Below are positions 56,453-64,000 of a DNA stretch of 64,000 bases, piece after piece (within the stretch, counting starts at the first letter, position 1; each line of letters opens with the position of its first letter). Made by a program: the position numbers and the translations under genes. Below the pieces are notes generated by a model. That model was not told the DNA's origin. It saw only the letters and a list, made by a program, of their open reading frames with translations, and made no database searches. The stretch lies in NCBI RefSeq assembly GCF_009914755.1, contig NC_060929.1. One strand, given 5' to 3'. Source of the stretch: the human T2T-CHM13v2.0 reference genome, Homo sapiens.

Positions 56453-59400
56453 GGTTGTCCTCCCTCCCTGGCTGGAGCCAGGCCAGGCACAGAATGGGGA
56501 AGGGGCCAGGCCCCACACAGCTCAGCTGTCAGCAGAAACCCGAGGAGCCGCGCAGGGGCCAGGAGGTTCCAGGCGGGACACGAGGAGGAAACACAGAGCA
56601 GAGACTGCATCAGATTCGGACGCACAGTGACAGGATGGGACATGGGGAGAGAGGTCACGATGCACAATGGGACACCAACAGGGGCAGTGAGTGGGGCTGA
56701 GGGGAATGAGCAGTCGGCCCTCCTCCTAGAAGTCCAGGCCTGGGGTGGCCGGGAGGGGGACGTTGCTTCTTGGTGATAGAAAGACTTAACTTCCCTGGAT
56801 CACAAACGATGATGCTAATAATCTTGTATTGACCAGTACTTTAGTTTGATTTAAAGGGACTTTCACTGAAAGTAGAAATCTCCCTCTTTCACCAAAAGTA
56901 GAAACCGCATCTCTTAGAATCACATGTGGAAGCATGGTTCTAAGGTTAGCAAGGATGATAGAAACAGTATGGTCAAAATTAGCCTCGAAAAGCCCTCCAA
57001 GGCCCATAAAGGATAATATAGCTTCACATCTCTGCCATTCCTGCAGCGCTGAAGCCAATCACTGCCTCTTCAGTTAAGCCCCGGATGAAATGGGGTTTGT
57101 CTCCAGCTGCCCAGCGGTAGGAGGAATGTGTGCCTCCCTGCTGGGCTGAAGGTGAGACAGTGAAAGGAGCCTGTGATGTGGCTCCACCAGGCCCTTCTGG
57201 TGTGACCCTCTCACCAGGCCCCTGCAAAGAACTGCTGTGCTCCCCTGGAACAGGCAACAGAATCGCTGGCCTGGGTCACCCAGGGGGAGAACAGTAGGGC
57301 CCACACTCGAACCCATGGCTTCTTGACTTGCGATCCAGTTTCAATCGTACTGAAAATGCACCTGGACCCCCAGCTCCGCCATTCTCCCCACACTCCTTCC
57401 GGGAGCAAGACATGGCAGGCCAGGCTCCCCAGATCCTGGGCCAGGCCCCCAGGTTATTCTTATCTTCCAATAGGACTTCTTCTGTCCTCCATCCAAGGGA
57501 GTGAAGGAGGATGAGCTACAAAGAGATGGTTGGGCCAGGAGTTGCCTTTGAGCTCCTCTTCTTCCACACCCAGGCCACCCTGAGAAGTCTGTCCTGCGCC
57601 ACAGGAAGCAGTGACGCTTTGTTCAGCTGTGCCCACTGGAAAGCCTGCAGTGGCCAGCAGAGCCCCACCATGCTGTGAGCTGTCCTTGCCATCTGGCAGC
57701 TTCTGCCTCCTGGCCTTGCCCTAAAAGAGCTAATAAGCATTTCTTCCCAAGAACCAGCCTGATGGAGGCCTCTCCTGACCCCTTGCCCAGACTCTACCAG
57801 GGCTACATCCAAGAGCCAAGCAGACCAGGGCAGCTTCTCTCTCTACTTCCTTCTCCTCTAGTTACCTGGGCCACAACCCACCGGTGTCTCTGGTCTCTAT
57901 CCCCACATCCCCCAAATCGGAACCAGGAAGTCTGCTTTCCCCAGGGCGCCCAGCACCCCTAGCTCAGCGTCTCCACACAGGGGTCAGAGAGGGCCCCAGC
58001 TACTCCAAAGCTGGCAGCTCCCACATTGCACATCCCTCTATTACCCCTACACATAGAGGGATGGCGGGTTGGCTCAGGGTTAACCCAAAACAGCAGGCAA
58101 GCCAAAATTCAATGCCCGATTCCATTACAGGATTTGGAATGAGTGCCTGTTAACTTTATAAATTAAGTTGGCTTTAGATCTGTGGTTTTCAAATATTCTT
58201 GAGAAAACTTGGTTTTCAAGAGAAATTTTACCCAAAAGTCTAATACATAAAATAGAGGAAAGATAATAGTGCCTAGCATCTCATGAGTGTGTATTACATA
58301 CCAGCACCTTGCTAAGCTCTCAGGGCGCATTGTATTAGTTAATCCTCACCAATAGGCTTAGGAGGTGGAGATCTCTTTTAACCTCATTGCATGAATGAAG
58401 AAGCGCAGGCTCAGGGAATATAAATACCCAGCCGAGGTCCAGCTGCAGGCAAGCCCAAGGGCTCTCTTCACCATGATCATGCTCTGGTTGAAGTGGGTAT
58501 GAGAAGCCCAGAACCATTTAACCTGGCATCCCCCTTCCACATCCCACAGCACCCCATCCGCTGCCAGAGGTGCCTCCCCAGTCCAGTACCTTTGGGATCT
58601 AAAGAGTTCAATTTGAAAACCACTGTCTTGGACTAATAACCAAACAATTATGTATTCCTCTAGCACCCAAGATGAGAAGGGAGAATGATTAGATAGGATT
58701 TTATTGCTTTTTTTGTTTGTTTTTAAAGCTGCAATCTTGGAAATGATCATCAAATCCACACCCCACTCGTTGTACTTAGGGGAAAATTCAAGCTGGGAGG
58801 AGAAGGCTAAGTACAGAGGGGAGACCCAATCCTGGCCTTGGACATCTAGCCCAGACTCCCTCGCATGCAACCTTGACAGACCAAAACCAGCGGCCAGAGA
58901 CCATAAATGCCTCCTTAGACAAAGCCATCAAGCCACCAGCACATCTGGCTGTATTCATACAGCATCCCACACCTTCCAATGTCCTGGGCACATCCCAGCC
59001 CTGGGGCCCTCGCCAGGCAGGGCTCTGAGCCCAGAAAAAGGCAGGGTCTCAAGAGAGGATAAGATCGAGTGGCAGAGGAGGAGGGAACTGCAGAGAGCAG
59101 GGGACCAGGCCCCAGAGAGCAGAGGGAGAAGAGAGAAGAGACGGGAAGGAGGACCGCAGGATGTGGAGGGACCACAGGGTAACTCGGGCTCTAGGGGTGG
59201 GACAGGGCAGGCCCTTGGAGCCGGGAGGGGATTTTGGAACTGAACCAGCACCAGCAAGCCTTGCCGGGAGGGGGCACCTTGGAACCCAAAGCCAAGAGGA
59301 ATGGCTGTCCATCCTCCACGAGCTTTCTGGGTGGAACTAAGGTGTACAGCGGGGCAGGGGCCCGATCCAGCCCACACATAGGCAGGACGGAGGTCACCCC

Positions 59401-59762
59401 TCATGACCATTTCTGTCCTCTCCTTGCACCCTCTCTTGCACACCAGCTCTCCAGCCTCGGAGAACCACAGAAATCTCCTTCTGACCTGCCCCTTTCCTTG
59501 CGCCTGCCCCCACCCCAGCACACCTGTCACTTCCACCCTCCTCCAGTCCCCCCTCTCCCATCTGCCCCCCAACAGTCACGGCGCAACGGTGGGCACCAAA
59601 GCCTAGGTCGTGGGTCTGGAGACAGCCTGGCCACAAATGTGGCCCACGTCTGCCCAGGACACCATCAGCAAGGCCCGGGTCTTGCTCCAGGCCTGAAAGC
59701 CGGTCTCTGTTGGCAGAAACGCTGCCAGAGCCAAGCCCTGCCAGGCTCCTGGAGGGGCTTAC

Positions 59763-59803
59763 CTTCACACCATCGCTCTTCTTGTTTCCCCCACTCTTCC
59801 CTC
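59763..59803 (-). CDS. CAMK2A: CAMK2A exon 13 linker (GKSGGNKKSDGVK)
   Basis: ccacag| and |gtaag. Confidence 0.95.
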
Positions 59804-59879
59804 CTGTGGAGGAGAAAAAGTAGAGGGTTAACAACGCCAGGCAGGGCACCAGGGCCCACAGGGCGAGGACGAGCAGCAT
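59763..59879 (-). CDS. CAMK2A: alphaKAP (alpha-kinase anchoring protein) first coding exon: MLLVLALWALVPCLALLTLYFFSST fused to the exon 13 linker
   Basis: ATG at 59879-59877, 25-aa hydrophobic leader in frame with exon 13; with exons 14-19 gives 603 nt = 200 aa; resembles the recalled rodent alphaKAP N-terminus. Confidence 0.85.
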
Positions 59880-59940
59880 CCACACGCAGCCGGAGGGCAG
59901 ACTGCAGGGAGCAGAGCTGGCCCAGCGATCCTGGGGGAGG

Positions 59941-59976
59941 CCTCCTCCTCCTCCTCCTCCTCCTCCTCCTCCTCCT
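59941..59976. repeat. (CCT)12 trinucleotide repeat
   Basis: Direct reading. Confidence 0.95.
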
Positions 59977-60189
59977 CCCTCCTTGGAGGCCCAGGGACTG
60001 CCTGGGTTCCCCGCCTTCTCAGCAATCTCAAGCGTAACCCTCTGGCTTCATGGGTTGAGGGAGGTGTCCAACATGTCCCAGGACTGTGGGCTGCTGTTTC
60101 AGCCCGGGGATTCCCTCTGAATCCCCGTCACCACCGTGCTGGCGGTGGCCAACCCGAGGTCTGGCTGCCTGGCCCCAGGCTGGACACGC

Positions 60190-60310
60190 CCTCCCCACCC
60201 TGGCCCTCTCTAATTTTAGCCCCATGCTGCTGCGGAGGTCATGTGTCAGCCCTGCCTACTCACTCCGGACAGCTGCAGGCTGCGTCTTGCCAGTGACAAG
60301 AAGCAGATGC
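60190..60310 (-). promoter_or_regulatory. Candidate intronic muscle-type promoter for alphaKAP
   Basis: MEF2 consensus CTAATTTTAG 60210-60219, CACCC box 60193-60200, E-boxes CAGCTG 60270-60275 and CAGATG 60304-60309, about 310-430 nt upstream of the alphaKAP ATG. Confidence 0.55.
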
Positions 60311-61029
60311 CCCCACTGGGGCCCACCCTGCCAGAGCACCCATCCCCTGCCTCTCTCCTCAGGCCATATAGGCCTCCCCAACCTCAGACTCCAGAGCCCC
60401 ATATTGGCACTGGCTATGGCCCGGGTGGCAGGGACAAGCAGAGCAACAGCTCTTTGGGGGCTTCCCCTGCTGTCATTTCCCCTTACCTCCCTCCTCACCT
60501 CCTGGCCAGAGCCCTGGAAGTGGGCATCAGCCAGGAAATGGCCTGAATGTCCAGCCCTGCCCACAGGCATCCGGCTGCTTCAGACTTAAGCAAATACCTT
60601 AAATGAAACAAGGTATCTGTGAAGTACTTAGCAAAGCACCTGACCCATATGCCGCACATGCTCAGGAAATGGTAGCCATGATAAGACTTCTCCTGGTGGC
60701 CTTGAGAGGGGGAGTTGGGAGGAGGGTCATATGAGCCACTGATGCCCCAGGGGCTCTGAGGCATGGGGCTCATGGCAGGTCACCTTCCCAGTCACCCCCA
60801 CATTTCCACCTATGACCCCTTCGAGGCTCTCATTCCAAGTTCCCTACTTGCAAACCAAGGCAGGGGCCACCTCTGGATCCCGAAGCTGACAGGAATGGCT
60901 GTCCATTCACCACAGGCTTTGGAGGGTTGGACTAGGATGTGCAGTGGGGCAGGGGGAGTGCTTTCTCCTCGAGCCTCAAGGTAGACGCCCCTCTCAGCTC
61001 CAGCCTACTGTCACAGGATCGTGGGTCCA

Positions 61030-61200
61030 GTGAGGCCACAGCGTCTAATTTTCAAGAGACGACAGCAATCTGGGGTTTTCTATGAAATTTCCTAATTTTT
61101 AAGTGTTAGAAACTCATTCAAAAAAATTTTTAAAACACCCCTACCTCCACAAAGCATATCAAGAGATTCAATCCAGCTCACAGGCCGCCATTTTGTGAGC
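61030..61200. mobile_element. MER102-like fragment
   Basis: ttttcaagaga...tatgaaatttcctaatttttaagtgtt...caggccgccattttgtga. Confidence 0.5.
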
Positions 61201-62373
61201 TCAGGACTAGAGTTCTTTAGGGTGCTTCAGTTGTTAAAAAAAGACTCTGACTATCTGGGTAGCTCATCTTTCAGTTTACGGAATGGCAGGATCCTTGTCC
61301 AGGGAGAGGGTGGGAAGGCAGTTTAACGAGGTAGGAAAAGCCCAGTCAGAAGTTCTAGTATCTGCCCACCTCTGGGTCTCACTCCTCCCAACTGGTTACA
61401 TGGGCAGGTGGACCCACTCAATGCAGCCAGCTGCCCCCTTCTCAGAGCTGCCCTCTTGCTGTGGTGCTGGCCACAAATCTGCAGCAGCTTTCTCGGCTGG
61501 CCCCAGCCCCAGTCAGAGGGCCCCTCGGGTGAGCTTTGCTCTATCTGCTATCTATATCTCCTCTACTGCCTGCCAGCGGCCTGCTTTCCCCAGAAGGAAG
61601 CCTCTGGAGGGCACTGGCCCCAGCCCTCTCTGATGTGCCAAGAGGAGCTTCTTGCTAAACCCTGACAATAATCCCTTCCCCTTCTCTCTGCAAAGCCACA
61701 TGCCTCAGGTGATTGGGCACTCCCTGCCTTAACCAGCCCAGTTTGGCCAAGGGCCTGGGACGCTCCTGCCCTGGACTCACTGGTGACCCAGTCCAGTTAA
61801 AGGCACTTGCCCTGGGTTTGGTCAAACCTGTGCTGAATGCAGGCTCTGCCTCTCTAGCCATGTGACCTGGGACAAGTCAGAGCTCACCTTCCTGAGCTTC
61901 TGCTTCCTCATCCCAGAAATAGGGATGGCAGCACCCCCATCATCCCCTCTGCTGCCTTGTCATGTAGGCCACCTGAGTGGAAGCACGGGACTGCTTAGCA
62001 CAGGGCTCCAATCATGGTGGGCAATATTGTTACTCCCTGGACCTGGCTCCACCCCATCTAGAACTCAATCCCCTGCAATCAGAAGCCTTCCCCTCTAGGC
62101 GGCCCAGCCTGAGAACCCCAGCACTGCTGTAGGAGTGGGCAGCCAGACTAAATCTGTAACCAGTCCTGGTGGGCCCTGGGCTTGCTGACTTTTGACCTCT
62201 CTTCACTTCTGGGTACAGGCCGTGGCAGGTGAGCTAAGCCCTTAGTCACAGAGTCCTCTACAACTCCCTCTCCCCAGGCCCAGTGGCCTGGGGGCACTCC
62301 AATATCTGACAGGACGGTGCCCCCAACGAACTGGTGCAGGGCTTACTGGGGACCCTGAGGTCCTGCCACCTAC

Positions 62374-62416
62374 CGGAGAAGTTCCTGGTGGCCAGCATCG
62401 TGGTGAGAATGGCTCC
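62374..62416 (-). CDS. CAMK2A: CAMK2A exon 12 (GAILTTMLATRNFS; calmodulin-binding segment with T305/T306); upstream exons lie beyond the window
   Basis: tgcag| and |gtaggt; exact CaMKII regulatory-segment peptide. Confidence 0.96.
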
Positions 62417-62894
62417 CTGCAAGACATAAGAAGAGGGCAGTGGGAGAGGAGGCCGGAGTGAGGGGACCCAGGAGGGACAGAGAGACGGGAGGGCCACGGG
62501 GAAGGAGAGGCAGGTGCTGCATTCAGAGAAGAAGCCAAAGCCTCTGCCCTGCCCCTCCATTTGTCCCAACCCCAACCCCAGCCCAGAGCCCATCCCTCGC
62601 CCCCTGGAGAAGTCGGGGTGAGCTAGGCTTTAGCCAGTACAGCTCCTGGGACAAGGCCGTCCTAGGGGCAGATATTAATGGGCCCCTTGGCCCGCCCAAG
62701 CTGAAGAGCTTGAGGGACACCTACCAGCAGAGGCTCCTGAAGATGATGGACTTTTCTTGCTTGGGCAACAACAGCAGACCTCGTGTCCCCCAACCCCTCC
62801 ACCTCTTAGCCCTCTGCCCCGTGCTGAGAGCATCTTGCTCCAGGACTAGCTCATCCCTCCATGGCCCCTGGGCTCAGAGAATCCCAGGAGGATT

Positions 62895-63438
62895 TTCTCT
62901 TTTTTTTTTTTATTTCCAAGTTTTTTATTTTATATATATATATATTATATAATACTTTAAGTTCTAGGGTACATGTGCACAACGTGCAGCTTTGTTACAT
63001 ATGTATACATGTGCCACGTTGGTGTGCTGCACCCATTAACTCGTCATTTACATTAGGTATATCTCCTAATGCTATCCCTCCCCCCTCCCCCCACCCCACA
63101 ACAGGCCCCGGTGTGTGATGTTCCCCTTCCTGTGTCCAAGTGTTCTCATTGTTCAATTCCCATCCATGAGTGAGAACATGCGCTGTTTGTTTTTTTGTCC
63201 TTGCGATAGTTTGCTGAGAATGATGGTTTCCAGCTTCATCCATGTCCCTACAAAGGACAGGAACTCATCATTTTTTATGGCTGCATAGTATTCCACGGTG
63301 TATATGTGCCACATTTTCTTAATCCAGTCGATCATTGTTGGACATTTGGGTTGGTTCCAAGTCTTTGCTATTGTGAGTAGTGCCGCAATAAATATATGTG
63401 TGCATGTGTCTTTATAGCACCATGATTTATAATCTTTT
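62895..63438 (-). mobile_element. 5'-truncated L1PA 3' end (~540 bp)
   Basis: tactttaagttctagggtacatgtgcacaacgtgcag... L1PA 3'UTR and ORF2 C-terminus (MWHIYTVEYYAAIKNDEF); perfect 16-bp TSD GAATCCCAGGAGGATT at 62879-62894 and 63439-63454. Confidence 0.95.
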
Positions 63439-64000
63439 GAATCCCAGGAGGATTCTCAATGTAGAGAAAGCCTCCTCCATCAACAAGCAGGCTGGGGGCT
63501 AATGGCCCCTTTTGTTCCAGAGCCATCTGATTCAGACCTGACTTGACACTGTCTGAATCCCACTGCTTATGATGTTAAGAATCCCTGATTCTGATATTTT
63601 GAGACTTCCTCTGTGACACAGCTTCCACTGCAGGATGGGGATGGGACTCAGTTCTCCTGGCATCATGCTGGCCACCACCCCTTGGTCTGTGTCCCCATCC
63701 TAAGCCTCCACTCCAGGCCTGGGAGCAGCAGATAAGGAGGTTCCACAAGAGCTGGGGCCTCCGCCTCTTCCCTCATCATCCCCAGCGTGCTGACGGCTCC
63801 TCTGTTCCACTGGCCAGGGGCCCCTCAGTGCCTGGCAAAGGCCAGGCCAGGAGCTGTCACCACCCTGAGAGCACACAGAACCTGCAAGAGTGTGAAGCTC
63901 TGGGACCACCTGGGTGCCACTGAGCTTCCTCAGGGCCACAATCACTGTCTGAGTGCCTCAGCCATTCCTCCACAGTACTGGGCAGCTGGGGCGCCTCCCT

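Noticed and set aside
55700-56776. Longest ORFs in the track (358, 319, 268, 261 aa)
   Set aside because: Products of the stop-free CT/GA low-complexity tract (S/P/L/F or R/E/G only)
59234-60037. 267-aa + strand ORF with poly-Leu, antisense to alphaKAP
   Set aside because: GC-rich, poly-Leu comes from the (CCT)n repeat, no recognisable domain
60364-60407. Possible CArG boxes (CCATATAGG, CCATATTGG) near the alphaKAP promoter
   Set aside because: Only five A/T between CC and GG; not a canonical SRF site
62861-63335. ORFs resembling L1 ORF2 C-terminus
   Set aside because: Fragment of a 5'-truncated L1, not an autonomous gene

Overview
Primate (human-type) genomic DNA with two convergent spliced neuronal genes and many Alu/MIR/L1/L2/MER repeats. 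On + is the complete SLC6A7 (PROT, Na+/Cl- dependent L-proline transporter): 14 coding exons, all with GT-AG boundaries, ATG 4935 to TGA 24217, 1911 nt or 636 aa, with a CpG-island promoter and AATAAA at 25645. On - is the 3' half of CAMK2A: eight exons from the CaM-binding/T305-T306 exon (62416) to the stop (37314), including the 33-nt alphaB NLS exon and a ~3.2 kb 3'UTR ending near 34097. A nested alphaKAP start exon (hydrophobic leader, ATG 59879) has MEF2/E-box motifs upstream. CAMK2A exon numbers follow the recalled 19-exon alphaB model. Most ORFs in the ORF track are repeat or low-complexity artefacts. I found no demonstrably new biological system. The best leads are an in-frame upstream ATG in SLC6A7, a splice donor overlapping the SLC6A7 stop with a frame-compatible acceptor antisense to the CAMK2A 3'UTR, a 51-bp templated insertion flanked by a 7-bp direct repeat, three further short local duplications (one carrying GATA+TCF motifs), and several intron-retention or alternative-polyadenylation switches.
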